A DNA stretch of 64,000 bases from a virus: positions 1 to 64,000 of IMG/VR virus record IMGVR_UViG_3300025012_000042. One strand, written 5' to 3'. A program made the position numbers and the translations under genes. The first letter of the stretch is position 1. Each line of letters opens with the position of its first letter. The notes below the pieces were generated by a model. It searched no databases, was not told where the DNA came from, and saw nothing but the letters and a program-made list of their open reading frames with translations. This document shows, in pieces, positions 1-11,694 of the stretch.

Positions 1-382
1 TATGTGGTTAGAGTATGGATAGAAGATAATCAAGTTAAATGTGCTTCTGAAGTTTGTACAGAAGATTCTTGCCCAAGATACAATGATTGTGAAAATGGTT
101 TATTAAGCGTTCATAAAGATTAATAAAACCAATAACCAAACTTATAGGATAAAGAGAGGAAAAATGAAATGGATTATTTTACTCAAGAAGACCATGATTG
201 GTTTCAAAGAGTTAAAGAACAACCAAGTGAATATCAAATAATAATTGATAACGATAGTATTTGGATAGAAACTGATGATGAAAATTTAGAAACAATATGT
301 GTTTATACCTTTAGTTCATATGGTTATGAATTTATTCATGCTTTATTAAAAGATATGGGTGTTAACGCCGATTTTTGCTAAT

Positions 383-408
383 ACATTGAAAGGATTAATT
401 TAATTGAG
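383..408. repeat. 10-6-10 palindromic junction site
   Basis: ACATTGAAAG-GATTAA-TTTAATTGAG between stop codon and RBS. Confidence 0.45.
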
Positions 409-1450
409 AGGAGGTTAAAATTAGTTGAATGAAGAACTTCTAGCAATTATTTTTTCAACGTGGGCTTTTATATCTTTCTTTTGCTATCTTTTTAATCTTA
501 AATGGATATTCGAACCAAGACATTATACAGTTGGTCATATATTTTTTGGTATTGTAACATTTCCTTTTACATTAATAGCAATCTTTATATACATTTTGAC
601 AAAACTTTTTCAATTATTTTGTTATGTATGTAAAATAAAAGGAGTTGAGAAAATAATGAAAATTAGAATTATCAAAGATAAGTCAGCAGAAAATAATAGT
701 ACAGTAAAAATAACTAAATTTATTGGTAAAGTATTTGATGCAAAACTATATGATTCAGGAACAGCGACAATAGATTTCGGTGAGGACTTAGGCGAGTTGC
801 ATGTTTATGATGGAGAATATGAAGTTGTAGAGGAGAATGAATAATGAGTAACAACAAAAAAGAAATATCAATTGACCGTGTAACAAATTGCCCAAGAAGA
901 AATTGCAAAAATACATATAAGTTAGATGCTTGGCACATGGTAAAAGATAATGCTCAAAAATTGTTTAAGAAATATTTATATGAACCAGAGCAACAGGAGG
1001 TAAAAAATGGATTGTGCAAAATGTGAAATAACTGATTTATGTAGGTTACGTCCTTATGCTATTGATGTCGAGCGCAAGATTAAGGATATAAATATGCTTG
1101 GTTTGCCATTTATTATTACAACTAAGTGTGAGTATTATAGAGATATGGTGTCAAAAGCTGAATTACAAAAACAATTAACTGAATTACAAAAAAGATTAGA
1201 AGTATAAATAATAAATAAATTTGTGTACTAATTAAAAAATGTTAGTTTAGAATTATGGTCTAGAAGGAAAGGTGATTTAATGACAGTAAATGATTTGCAT
1301 GAAGAACTTGGCAAACTAATGAAAAACAATCCTAGTACAATTAATGATGAAATTTATTACTTTAGTTACGATTGGAAGGTTGATGCTATTAATAGTTTAA
1401 GTATTGAATGGGATTTAGATGGGGAAGGCAGATACATAATATTAAAATAA

Positions 1451-1476
1451 TGTTTCAAAGTTAACATTTCAATTCA
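1451..1476. repeat. 10-6-10 palindromic junction site
   Basis: TGTTTCAAAG-TTAACA-TTTCAATTCA directly after a stop codon. Confidence 0.35.
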
Positions 1477-2050
1477 ATAAATAAAGGAGGATAAATTATG
1501 ACAATTTGTAGAGAATGTGAATTTTATTCAGAAGATGATTTAACAGGGTTATCTCCACAGGAAAAATTAGATCATGTTAGTGGTCATTGTATGGATTCTA
1601 ATAATCCAGATTTCAATGAATGGGCAAGAACATTTGGTAGAGGAATTACTAGAGAAGATTCATTCACAAGTCCTAAATGGTGTTCAAAAAGAGAAAATCC
1701 TGAGAGGACAGAGGAATATTATAGCGAAGATGAGATTAGGGAGTTTGTTGAGGAAGCAAAAAGATATCAGAGATTAACTGAATGTATAAGACATGCCAGA
1801 TTAAACAATATGCTTTGGTATTAATAGAAAGGATAAATAATTAATGATAATTGAATATTCATGGTCAGAAAGTGACCTTCTACATAAAAAGTGTTATAAA
1901 TGTGTTTGGTTGAAAATGAAAGATGATTGGTATGGAGTATGTGAATGCCAACAGAATAAAATTAGGTTTAGAAATAGACAAATTACTGATAAAAAGTGTA
2001 AATGTAAGTCTTATGATTAATGATAAAATAAAGAAAGAAGGAAAACAATA

Positions 2051-2341
2051 ATGAGAAAGATTTTATTAATTGGAGTATTAGGACTATGTACATTAGGATT
2101 GACAGGCTGCAATTTTACAGCAAAACATTTCGGAGGAACAATTAATATTGAACTGCCTAAAAACCAAAAATTAGTTGAAGCAACTTGGAAAGATGATTCT
2201 TTATGGTATTTGACAAAACCAATGAGAGTAGGGGATGTGGTCGAGACATATACTTTCCAAGAAGATAGTAATTTTGGTGCATTAGAAGGCAAGGTAATAT
2301 TTAAAGAGAGTGTGCAAGAAGGGGAATTAAAGGGTAAATAA
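2051..2341 (+). CDS. Putative lipoprotein
   Basis: N-terminus is MRK plus a hydrophobic stretch ending in lipobox LTGC. Confidence 0.7.
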   Translation: MRKILLIGVLGLCTLGLTGCNFTAKHFGGTINIELPKNQKLVEATWKDDSLWYLTKPMRVGDVVETYTFQEDSNFGALEGKVIFKESVQEGELKGK

Positions 2342-2344
2342 AAA

Positions 2345-2370
2345 CCAAATCAAAAGAACAACTTATCGGA
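2345..2370. repeat. 10-6-10 palindromic junction site
   Basis: CCAAATCAAA-AGAACA-ACTTATCGGA. Confidence 0.5.
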
Positions 2371-2591
2371 AAAAAAGAAAGGATGATTAAAATAAATAAA
2401 GATAATTTTTTGATTATTGGTGCATTATCAATGTTAATTAAAGAAGCAGGATTAGAAGAAAAAACAAACTTATTGATATCAGACGAAAAAGCTAATAAAT
2501 ATCTTGAATTACTTGATGAATATGGTAAAAATACAACTGTGGAAGAAAGGGAATCTCATTTAATAGATGTATTTTTAAGTATTTTTTCAAA

Positions 2592-2617
2592 GCTTTAAAA
2601 TTGCATATTTAATTGGT
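2592..2617. repeat. 10-6-10 palindromic junction site
   Basis: GCTTTAAAAT-TGCATA-TTTAATTGGT, with the stop codon in the left arm. Confidence 0.5.
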
Positions 2618-2807
2618 AGGGAGGTGAATTATATAATGAATGATAAAATATTGGTTGAATTAACCAAAGAAGAAATGAACATTGTCAAGAATGGAATGTT
2701 GCTAATTTTATCCCTTTCAAAAAGAAAACAAATTGATTTAAGAAATAATGCTAAAGATTTATATGAAGGTGTTTATAATAAATTTGATTTGTTGTACGAA
2801 AATAAAT

Positions 2808-2833
2808 GGCGTTAAGTCAAATATTCTAGAGTA
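2808..2833. repeat. 10-6-10 palindromic junction site
   Basis: GGCGTTAAGT-CAAATA-TTCTAGAGTA; left arm is 9/10 identical to the site at 6829. Confidence 0.45.
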
Positions 2834-2856
2834 AAAATAAAGGAGGATAAATAAAA

Positions 2857-3918
2857 TTGAACAATACAATATTTTTACCCAAAACAATTAAAGTAGGCTA
2901 TCAAACACGCAATGATACATATACAGGACAATTGGCATATGTTATATATTTTGATCAAAAAGGAGTTTTAAGAAAGGAGAAATCTTGGGAGAGTTGGCGT
3001 GATAAGAAAATTGAACCACAAGAATTTTCTAATGAACCAACTTCTGGATTTGTACTTAATAAGAAAGTAGGTGATTATTCAAGTGGTTGGGATCATCGAA
3101 AATCATATTGTAGAGTTTACGATGAACGAAACTTCGAATTTGAGATTACAATAGAAAATTTACTCTATATTCTTGAAAATGCTAATTCTATCAAAGGTAA
3201 GGGATTAGAAGGGTTATTTGTCTATGGTTGGTCAGGATCAGATTTACTATTGATTCCAGTAGATTCACCAGACTACATTGAATTAGCAAAATTGAATGAC
3301 TTAAGACATGAGAAGAAGAAATTCGATGGCAAGACTCTAATCTTAGGTGGGACATATAAATCTAATTCTAATAAAGAATTAATTTATTTGGGTAGATTTT
3401 ATGAAAATAATGATGACAGCAAAGAAACTAAAACATATTTCTTCTATGATAGAAAGTCAAGTTATAGGAAAATCAATTCTATAAAATCTTTATCAGGAAG
3501 TATAATTGATATAGTTGATGAAAATTGTGTTGAAGATTACTCTAATTTGATGGATGAATTATTAAAAGATAGTAGTTATTCTGCCAGAGAACCTAAAAAT
3601 GATGTATATTTAGATTATACTTTAGAAGAATTTAAGAAATTGCTAGAAAAGAATTCATATTGGCATAATAAGTGTTATGTAAAAATTGATAAAAAATATG
3701 TAAGATATTACATCGAAAGACAAAGAAATTATTATCATTATTCCTATTCTAATTATGACAAAAGAAATGAAACTTATAATGTTTATACTACTACCAAGGG
3801 GAGAAAAGATGAAATATTTATGAGAGAAGCATCTCCCGAAAATGTTTTCAATACAATTAAACCAAAATACTTAGTAACTTATAATGTTAATAAAGAATTA
3901 ATTAAGGAGTGGAAATAA
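2857..3918 (+). CDS. Phage-type hypothetical protein (353 aa)
   Basis: Long ORF with a strong RBS (AGGAGG) and TTG start; no catalytic motif recognised. Confidence 0.7.
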   Translation: MNNTIFLPKTIKVGYQTRNDTYTGQLAYVIYFDQKGVLRKEKSWESWRDKKIEPQEFSNEPTSGFVLNKKVGDYSSGWDHRKSYCRVYDERNFEFEITIENLLYILENANSIKGKGLEGLFVYGWSGSDLLLIPVDSPDYIELAKLNDLRHEKKKFDGKTLILGGTYKSNSNKELIYLGRFYENNDDSKETKTYFFYDRKSSYRKINSIKSLSGSIIDIVDENCVEDYSNLMDELLKDSSYSAREPKNDVYLDYTLEEFKKLLEKNSYWHNKCYVKIDKKYVRYYIERQRNYYHYSYSNYDKRNETYNVYTTTKGRKDEIFMREASPENVFNTIKPKYLVTYNVNKELIKEWK

Positions 3919-3920
3919 AA

Positions 3921-4325
3921 ATGGCAAATGAAACAAACGATTCTAAAATTATGGTATTAAAGAAACAAATTGAGGAAAAGAAAATTAAATTAGGTAAATC
4001 TCAAAAGTTTACACCAATCACTAATTGTTCAATCGAGTTAGATGGTGTAAGAACTAATATCCAAGTTCTCAATAAGGAGCAATTAACTTATCTATTAGTT
4101 AAACTTAACTCATATGCACTTTCTGCTAAAAGTTTAGAAATTGATTTTGTTATTTCTGGATATCATGTTGCAGATTGGATTACAGATATTAAATCTAAAC
4201 TTGATTTTATGAGTCGTAAAGAAGAAGAAAATAAACTTAAAATGATGGAGTCTAAGTTACATCAATTACTTTCTAATGAGAAGAAAGTAGAGCTTGAAAT
4301 TGATGAGATTATGAAGAATTTGTAA
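3921..4325 (+). CDS. Coiled-coil hypothetical protein, coupled to the upstream gene
   Basis: RBS AAGGAG precedes the ATG at 3921; sequence is helical and K/E-rich. Confidence 0.65.
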   Translation: MANETNDSKIMVLKKQIEEKKIKLGKSQKFTPITNCSIELDGVRTNIQVLNKEQLTYLLVKLNSYALSAKSLEIDFVISGYHVADWITDIKSKLDFMSRKEEENKLKMMESKLHQLLSNEKKVELEIDEIMKNL

Positions 4326-4356
4326 TAATTAATTGAAGGAGGGTGTTAAATAACTC

Positions 4357-4382
4357 TCCTTCGAAAGATACATTTGATGCCG
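4357..4382. repeat. 10-6-10 palindromic junction site
   Basis: TCCTTCGAAA-GATACA-TTTGATGCCG. Confidence 0.55.
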
Positions 4383-4964
4383 ACAAGAGGAGGTAGTAAA
4401 ATAGTGAAAATAAGAAAACCATCTCTAAAAGAAATATTAATTCTAATGATAGTTTATAACGGATGTAATGGCATAATTGGAGTAGTACAGGATAATTGTT
4501 TTTATGCAGGATGCAGTATTGGATTGGGATTAATATTGATTTATTTAAGGGGAAAGTTTTGTTAGAAAGGAGAAACAAAATGAGCGATCCAAATGATTTT
4601 CAATGTGATATTTGTGATAATACCTTAACTTCAGAATCTTGTTTTTGTGAAAATTGTAAAACGTGGTTATGTAATGGTTGTGCATTTGAAGATATCTTCA
4701 TGGAAATCTTTGAAGGTGCTGAAAAATTTTGTCAATATGTTGGTTATGATGATGAAGAATAATATGAATTGGTGTAAAAGAGATAAACGTGAATGCATAG
4801 GAGATATTTGCAGTATGCGTCCACAACCAAAAGAATTAGAAACTTATGAAGATTGCCCAGAATTTGCAATTAGAGGACAGAGGAGTAAATTGAATCTTTA
4901 TTATGATGATTTTGGATATGATTATGAAAAACTTGCTAAAGATTTAGAAATACTTATAAATAAA

Positions 4965-4990
4965 CCTAACAAATGAATATTCTAATTGGA
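4965..4990. repeat. 10-6-10 palindromic junction site
   Basis: CCTAACAAAT-GAATAT-TCTAATTGGA. Confidence 0.5.
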
Positions 4991-5154
4991 ATAGAAAGGA
5001 GTTTTAGTTGTGACCAGAGGGCAAGGCATAAGAAAGGCAATAATACTTATAAATAAATTAAAAGGTGTTGAAGGGATGTCAAAAGGTACAATATTAGAAC
5101 TTGATGAAATTATTGAGCATCTTGAATTTGTATCTCAATTCTATCTCTAATTAA

Positions 5155-5180
5155 CCCTCGAAATCTGACTATTAATAGGA
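5155..5180. repeat. 10-6-10 palindromic junction site
   Basis: CCCTCGAAAT-CTGACT-ATTAATAGGA. Confidence 0.55.
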
Positions 5181-5364
5181 TAATAAAAGGAGTGAAATTG
5201 AGATGGATTACACAATTATATCAATTAATAAATTATGTTTGAGTTTTAAAGACAATTGGAAAATTCAATATAAACTTCCAACTGTGGATATTTGGCTTGA
5301 TTATGATATATATGAAAGCACTTTGGTAAGTTTTCTAGCCCTTTGTGGACTTAATGCAGAATGG

Positions 5365-5390
5365 AGATATAAATACTAGATTTCATGCTA
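5365..5390. repeat. 10-6-10 palindromic junction site
   Basis: AGATATAAAT-ACTAGA-TTTCATGCTA. Confidence 0.4.
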
Positions 5391-6828
5391 TCGAAAGGAG
5401 TGATAATAATTAATATTAATTCTGAATGGTTTAAAACATATAGAATTTGGGCAACAAATAAAATAACAAAACAAAGACAAAAATTAACTATATATTGGAT
5501 TACGGATTGGGATGAGGTATTAGAAGTTTTACAGAGAAGAAATATTAATAATGATACATATGATATAAAAATTAAAAAGACATATGGAATAGGGAATGGT
5601 TGTAAAGGTAGACTTACACAAGTAGATAAAATTAAAAAAGAAATGATGGAAAGGATAGGTAAATAAATGGAAAAATACTTTATTGTAACCAAGCAATCAA
5701 AATTATATGAGGAATATTTTACTTATAAAACAAACGACGAAAAAATCAGAAAGATTTCTAAAGACTTTATGGATAAAAATGAAATAGAAGCAACTAAATA
5801 TTATTGTACAAATTCTGCATTTTACATAATCCCAACAGAAAAAGACTTAGAAAAATTCAGCAAACTGTTATGTAAACCTGTAGATAATAATCTTATGGCG
5901 TTTAAGAAAACATCTAAAATTAATAAGGCATGGATTACTTTATTAGATGAGCAAAATATTATTATTGGACATAAACCATTTATTCAATTTTACTTTGATA
6001 GAGGTTATGGTAAAACTAGAAATAGATTATTTAATATTGATGATGCAGTATATTGTTCATTTGAAGGAGAATTTGAAGTCAATACCCCAGAGGGGTTTAT
6101 TGAAATCAAAGCAAGTGAATTTTGGAAAATTGTTGAGGATTATGAAGGAGGAGACAATAATGAAAATAACTAAATACAATGGTAAAGGTGCTGTATGGTA
6201 CAAACACAAAGAATTAGATAAAGAAGGAAAAATGATTTCATTATCTAATACAGGTAGAGTCGAACCTGATTATTTTAAAATAATTAGAAGGGAATTTAGT
6301 GACATAGATCCATATAGAAGTGAGCCAGAAGAAGTTGAAGATTTCATTTATTATCTCAATAAAGAAGTAGATTTAGGGGAAAATGCTTATGATTTTGATA
6401 TGCCTTTACCTGATAGTTCAAAGGAATATTTCTTAATATTCAATGATAAAATTTGGCTTTACATAATTATATCAGACGAATATATGGGTAGTGGTGATTC
6501 AGAAACGTATGCTCATATTAATAGTATTTTAATTCCAGAAGGCACAGATATTGAAGAAGTTAGAGAAGTTAAGACATGGTTAATTAATGGTGGATTTAAG
6601 ATGTTGAGATAGGGTGTGATGAAATGGCAAGAGTATTAAACGTTCATAAAAGATATGAAATAATTTATTCTCAATGCGAAAAACAACCTTTACTTAATCA
6701 AGAAGTGGTTATTGAAGAATGGGATGAAACTGGCACAACTATTATTCATAATATCAAAATTATTGAAATTGTAAATATATTGCCATACAAAATAGGTGAT
6801 GAATGGATGTTTAAATATACTATCATAG

Positions 6829-6854
6829 GGCGTTAAATCTAATCATTTAAAGGA
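6829..6854. repeat. 10-6-10 palindromic junction site
   Basis: GGCGTTAAAT-CTAATC-ATTTAAAGGA. Confidence 0.55.
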
Positions 6855-7110
6855 TAAAAAGGAGGAGAAGTTAATGAAGAGTCATGATTTAAGAACTGGA
6901 TATAAATTACCAAATAACTATGAGATTAGATTAGGCGATAGACTTGTTTCTAAAGCATACAGACCAGTAATTGTAAAATACTATAGGGAATTGCAAAGAT
7001 ATTTTGTTGAAACTGATGACGATTCTAAATTTCAATTTTCGTTGCAACAATATTTAGAGACATTTGGGAATACATCCGAATGGAGAGGAAGTATTATAAC
7101 TGAGTAATAT

Positions 7111-7136
7111 CCCAGCAATTTAACCATTTATTTGGT
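7111..7136. repeat. 10-6-10 palindromic junction site
   Basis: CCCAGCAATT-TAACCA-TTTATTTGGT; right arm is identical to the site at 27261. Confidence 0.55.
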
Positions 7137-7350
7137 TAGAGAAAGGAGTTGAGAAAATGATTTGTAAATCATGCAGAGGCAAATCTATAGCAAGAGGTAT
7201 AAAATTAATCAACTGTTTTAGATGTGGGAAAAAGACAACAGTTAATTATCTTTATCAAAATTATTGTGAAGACTGTTCAAACGCATTACAAAAATGTCAA
7301 CGTTGCGGTGAGAAGACCGCCACAGAAATATCAGGAGAGGAAGTAAAAGA

Positions 7351-7887
7351 TTGTTAGACATAGCTAATAAATACGAAGAAAAATTACAATTACTATTTGC
7401 CAATATTGCATTTGATGATAAATACAAATTTCTATCTGGTTCATCTTATAGAGATAAGTACAAAACTAGTGATAGTACGTGGGCAAAACATGAATTTGTA
7501 AGTATACATAATAAAGAGATTATTGGATATTTAAGCTATTCCATTGATAGAGATTCTAATGCTGCATGGGGAATGCAAATAGTAAACTTTGAACAACCAA
7601 ATATAATATTTGCTAAAGACCTAAAGAAATTCTTAACAGATATTTTTGAAAAATTTAAGTTCAGAAAATTAAAGTTTGCCGTTTATGTTGGCAATCCAAT
7701 TGAGAAATCATATGACAAAATGTGTACAAAATATGGAGGTAGGATAGTAGGGATATATAAAGAAAATGATAAGTTAATTGATGGTAATTATTATGACTGC
7801 AAGATGTATGAAATTATGAGAGTAGACTATTTGGATAGAAAAAATAATAAATATGTTGATGAGGATTCTTGGGATAATATCTTCTAA
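7351..7887 (+). CDS. GNAT family N-acetyltransferase (RimJ/RimL-like)
   Basis: C-terminal pattern FRKLKFAVYVGN...YGGRIVG...DGNYYDCKMYEI is typical of RimJ/RimL GNATs. Confidence 0.7.
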   Translation: MLDIANKYEEKLQLLFANIAFDDKYKFLSGSSYRDKYKTSDSTWAKHEFVSIHNKEIIGYLSYSIDRDSNAAWGMQIVNFEQPNIIFAKDLKKFLTDIFEKFKFRKLKFAVYVGNPIEKSYDKMCTKYGGRIVGIYKENDKLIDGNYYDCKMYEIMRVDYLDRKNNKYVDEDSWDNIF

Positions 7888-7894
7888 AAACGAA

Positions 7895-7920
7895 CCAAAT
7901 AAAAAACTGATTTTAATCTA
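7895..7920. repeat. 10-6-10 palindromic junction site
   Basis: CCAAATAAAA-AACTGA-TTTTAATCTA; left arm is identical to the site at 18260. Confidence 0.5.
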
Positions 7921-7946
7921 TAATTTAAAGAAAGAAGGTAATCAAA

Positions 7947-8243
7947 TTGAAGAAAATGTTTATCAATTTATCATTAGGATTGGTTATTTTATCAGGAATC
8001 CTAACTGGTTGCAGTTCATCAGAATCAAAAGCTACTATGACTCCATCTGTGCCACAATTCTCTTTTCCTGCTGAAAGCGTTTATGGGACTGTTGTTGATG
8101 TTGACTACGAAAAATCTGCTTTGGATTTTGTGGTAGTAAAATATAAAAAGGAAGATATCTTAAATTTAGTTACATATAAATTAGACCCAATTCGTGGTTA
8201 CACCAATTTAGAGTCGGTCATTACGATTAAAATTGGGAAATAG
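7947..8243 (+). CDS. Putative lipoprotein
   Basis: Signal peptide with lipobox LTGC followed by an S-rich linker. Confidence 0.7.
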   Translation: MKKMFINLSLGLVILSGILTGCSSSESKATMTPSVPQFSFPAESVYGTVVDVDYEKSALDFVVVKYKKEDILNLVTYKLDPIRGYTNLESVITIKIGK

Positions 8244-8246
8244 CAT

Positions 8247-8272
8247 TCATATGAAAAAAGAAATTCGAAGGA
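8247..8272. repeat. 10-6-10 palindromic junction site
   Basis: TCATATGAAA-AAAGAA-ATTCGAAGGA. Confidence 0.55.
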
Positions 8273-8513
8273 GAAAAAGCATGATACTAAAATCATTTGA
8301 AGAAATGTGTGATGATGAAACAATTTATGATTATTGTCATCAAACAGATTATGGAGAACATAAGTCTTGTGTTACACCTTCTGGATATTCCTCTTGTGAG
8401 GGAATGTGGTGTGAAGAGTCTTATGAGGCATATTTAGATGATAATAACGCATCTATAAAACTAGTAAAATATCAAAATAATGTAAAATTATTAAATAAGG
8501 AGGAGTTAATAAA

Positions 8514-9122
8514 ATGAGCGCAGCACTTAAATTTGAATTTGATTTTGAAGAAGTTTTTGAGGGAATTAAGTTAGGGGTAATTAAAGAAATGTCAGAAGCA
8601 ACTTTTGATGATATTACCTCTAGTGCAATTAATCAGGTTAAAACAGAAATGAAAAATAAGATATCTCTTACATATAAAGATGAATACGAAATCAGAGATG
8701 AAATTAAAACAGAAATTAAGGAAAAGGTATATCAGAAGTTAATTTCAGAAATTAAAGATGAATATAAAAAGAAATATGAAGATACATTTAGTAAGGATAT
8801 GACAAATGCATTTAATCTTGCAGAGGAAAATATTATTGATGAAATTAAATCTGAAACGATTGATAAATTATACAATGTTTTATATTCAAATATTCAAAAC
8901 CAAGTAAAATCTAAGATCAATAGTTCTGTATCTGAATTAATTAATGCAATTACAGGAAATAATATTAAAGTCAAAAATACTAAAAATACCATTTCTAAAG
9001 AAGAATATGATGAACTTATACATAGAGATGAAATATTAACTGCATTAGAAAATGGTGGAGTGGATAATTGGGAATGGTATGGTGAATCTTTAAATAATTA
9101 TTTTGAAGGTAAAAATAAATAA
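8514..9122 (+). CDS. Hypothetical helical protein with C-terminal GVDNWEWY motif
   Basis: ORF with RBS; the ALEnGGVDNWEWY motif recurs in phage hypothetical proteins. Confidence 0.6.
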   Translation: MSAALKFEFDFEEVFEGIKLGVIKEMSEATFDDITSSAINQVKTEMKNKISLTYKDEYEIRDEIKTEIKEKVYQKLISEIKDEYKKKYEDTFSKDMTNAFNLAEENIIDEIKSETIDKLYNVLYSNIQNQVKSKINSSVSELINAITGNNIKVKNTKNTISKEEYDELIHRDEILTALENGGVDNWEWYGESLNNYFEGKNK

Positions 9123-10049
9123 TCCAAGGAAAGAGGAGATTGAGGAGTGTATTAATAATGATCAGAAAAACTTCATATTTATGTGAAATGTGTAGGAAGT
9201 ATTTTGATGAACCAAACATTGTTAAAGAAAATCATTGTGAATATAATGTATGTCCTTACTGCATTAGCAATCTAAAAGGAATCAAACCAAACAAAACATA
9301 TGGTGGTATTTATTATGCAGATGGTATTTATAATTTTACTGTCTGTGAGCATAGGGATGGATCTGGTAAGAAAGCTGATTTAAGTAGATATTATGGAAAT
9401 GAAAATTTGCTAAAAGTTATTATTGAGGAATTAGAGGTTCAATTATTTACATATGAATTATGGTATGGTGTTTTATAGAAAGGAGTTAAAATATGAGTTA
9501 TGAATGGGTACATAAAATACTTAAAGATATTGACGATATAGACTTTAAAAATTGCAAAAAGGATTGTTACGGAACAAATTGTAAATATATCGAAGAGTGT
9601 AGTTGGTATCATTATAAACATAGAGAAGAATTTGCATTTAATGGTTTAATGGAAGAGTTAAAGAAATCAAAATGCTATTTCGAAGGAGGAATAAAATGAA
9701 ACACAACGACAAATCATATAACTATGCCAGAGAAGAAATGTTAGAAAATGGTTTTGTTTTACTAAATGACGATGGCGAATATCTTATTGGATATAAAGCA
9801 CATTTAAATAGTAGACAAGTAGAATTAACAAAATTAGATTCTTCTGTAGATGAAAAATTAGTCCGAATTACTTTAACAGAAGAAGAATTGAAAGAATTAG
9901 CCAACTCATTAAAACAGCTTAAATCACAAACTTTAATCTAACAAATCGATAAATAAATACTTAACTTAATATCATAATTAATTATATAATCATATTAAGT
10001 CAAGTAACAAAACACACAAATAAAAATAAAAAGGAGATGTTATAAAAAC

Positions 10050-10362
10050 ATGAAAAAGTTAATTTCCATATTATTCTTATCTACTCTTGTATTATCTGGT
10101 TGCGGATCAAAATCTAATCAAATTCAACAACCTCAACAACAAGTTCAAGACGATGATGAAGAAATGAGTTGGTTTGAGGATGAAGTTTTGGATATGGATG
10201 ACTGGGGAGAAACAAAGCATAAAAAGAAAGTTGTACCTAAAAGTGGTGTTACTGCCCCTAGTACAACAAAACCATCAACAAGTGTTTAAACCATCAGTGA
10301 ATCCTAAATCTAGTTCCACTTCAAGTTCAAATACTAAATCTAGTACAACCAAAAAGAAATGA
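10050..10362 (+). pseudogene. Lipoprotein with S/T/K-rich tail, apparently split by a 1-bp insertion near 10285
   Basis: Lipobox LSGC. The low-complexity tail TTKPSTSV stops at GTT-TAA but continues as KPSVNPKSSSTSSS in the shifted frame if one T is removed. Confidence 0.55.
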
Positions 10363-10371
10363 GTTGATTAA

Positions 10372-11694
10372 ATGGGAAATAGTTTGGCAGCAGAAGGAAA
10401 GCTCATGTACTACCCTACGGATTTACAAGAAGCGCATAGGTTACTTGGATTGCTCGGTAGGGTAGATATTGACTGGTTAAAGAAAAATTATCTTAAAGAA
10501 TACTATACAAAAGAAGGAATATATCAAGAATTAGCAATGAAAGCACTTGATTTTCAAATTCCTATAGATTATGTTTATTATGATTATTGGTTGAATACAA
10601 AACAATACGACATGATTAAAAGTAATTGTGAATACGGGTTAGGAAGTCACAATAATCATGAAATTGTAGTGGCAGACTTATTTGCTGGTGAAGGATTATT
10701 TTTAGATACATTTGCCTCATTTATTCCTAGAAAAGATTCAAGTAATAGTTACATTCTTGTTTCCAATGAATTAGAGGAAAACCGCTATAAAGAAATTGAG
10801 AAAAATTCTAATATTTATGATTCATACAATAAATCCTTTGAAGAATTAAGGATGCCTAAAAACAGCATATCCTTGATGCTTTATAACCCTCCATATTCGT
10901 CTTCTAATGGTCAGAGGAATTGTAAAAGATATCTCCAAATGATACTAGATAGACAAATCCTCTACAACCCCTCAACATCAAAAGATTATAAAACAGGTTA
11001 CATAGCATTCGTTATCAGAAAAGATGATTTTCTTGATTCTTTAGACATCTTATCTAAAAACTTTGACATCCTTAAAAACTCAATCTATAAAACAAATAAA
11101 GATGAATATGCTAAATTCAAGCAATATATTTTTATCGCTCACCTAAAACGCCACCCTTACGACTTAAATAATACTATGCAAGCAATGGATTTCCAGAAGC
11201 AATATAATGAAATAAAAGAAATAATCCTGTCAGAACCAGAATTTAAACTATCACAATATAATACTTATCAATCCATGAATTACCCATACATCGACTATGA
11301 CACAGCAAAAGAAAATAATAAATATACCGAATCACCAGAAACTCACATCAGCAAAAATGATTCAATATGGAAATGGGTTAAAGGAATCACAGAATTAAAA
11401 GATTTAGGTGAAGAGAAATTAGTTGTTCCTAAACCACTTAAATTAGGTGAAATTAGTAATTTACTTGCATCAGGAATGATTAATGGTGAGATTTCATTAG
11501 AAGATGGTACTGGTAGGCATGTTGCTATTGGAGGGACTAAGAGCATTGAAAAGAAAGAAATAAGTAAATATAAGGATGATAGTGGAGATAGTTTTACCGA
11601 AACAAAGATAATTAAGATGAGTTTACCCTATCTTAATGTTTTATGTTCAGATAATGGGAAATTGGTAATTAAAGAACTTGGAGGAAATGAATGA
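10372..11694 (+). CDS. Putative N6-adenine DNA methyltransferase (DUF6094-like)
   Basis: Motif I DLFAGEG, motif IV NPPY and N-terminal YYPT. Confidence 0.8.
   Translation: MGNSLAAEGKLMYYPTDLQEAHRLLGLLGRVDIDWLKKNYLKEYYTKEGIYQELAMKALDFQIPIDYVYYDYWLNTKQYDMIKSNCEYGLGSHNNHEIVVADLFAGEGLFLDTFASFIPRKDSSNSYILVSNELEENRYKEIEKNSNIYDSYNKSFEELRMPKNSISLMLYNPPYSSSNGQRNCKRYLQMILDRQILYNPSTSKDYKTGYIAFVIRKDDFLDSLDILSKNFDILKNSIYKTNKDEYAKFKQYIFIAHLKRHPYDLNNTMQAMDFQKQYNEIKEIILSEPEFKLSQYNTYQSMNYPYIDYDTAKENNKYTESPETHISKNDSIWKWVKGITELKDLGEEKLVVPKPLKLGEISNLLASGMINGEISLEDGTGRHVAIGGTKSIEKKEISKYKDDSGDSFTETKIIKMSLPYLNVLCSDNGKLVIKELGGNE

Larger units (their letters stand above)
1..9941 (+). other. Accessory cluster 1: about 30 small co-oriented phage-type hypothetical genes
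   Basis: Dense + strand ORFs, mostly 50-220 aa, each with an AGGAGG/GAAAGGA-type RBS. Also includes short ORFs missing from the track (1280..1450, 1844..2020, 5010..5150, 5203..5379). Confidence 0.85.
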
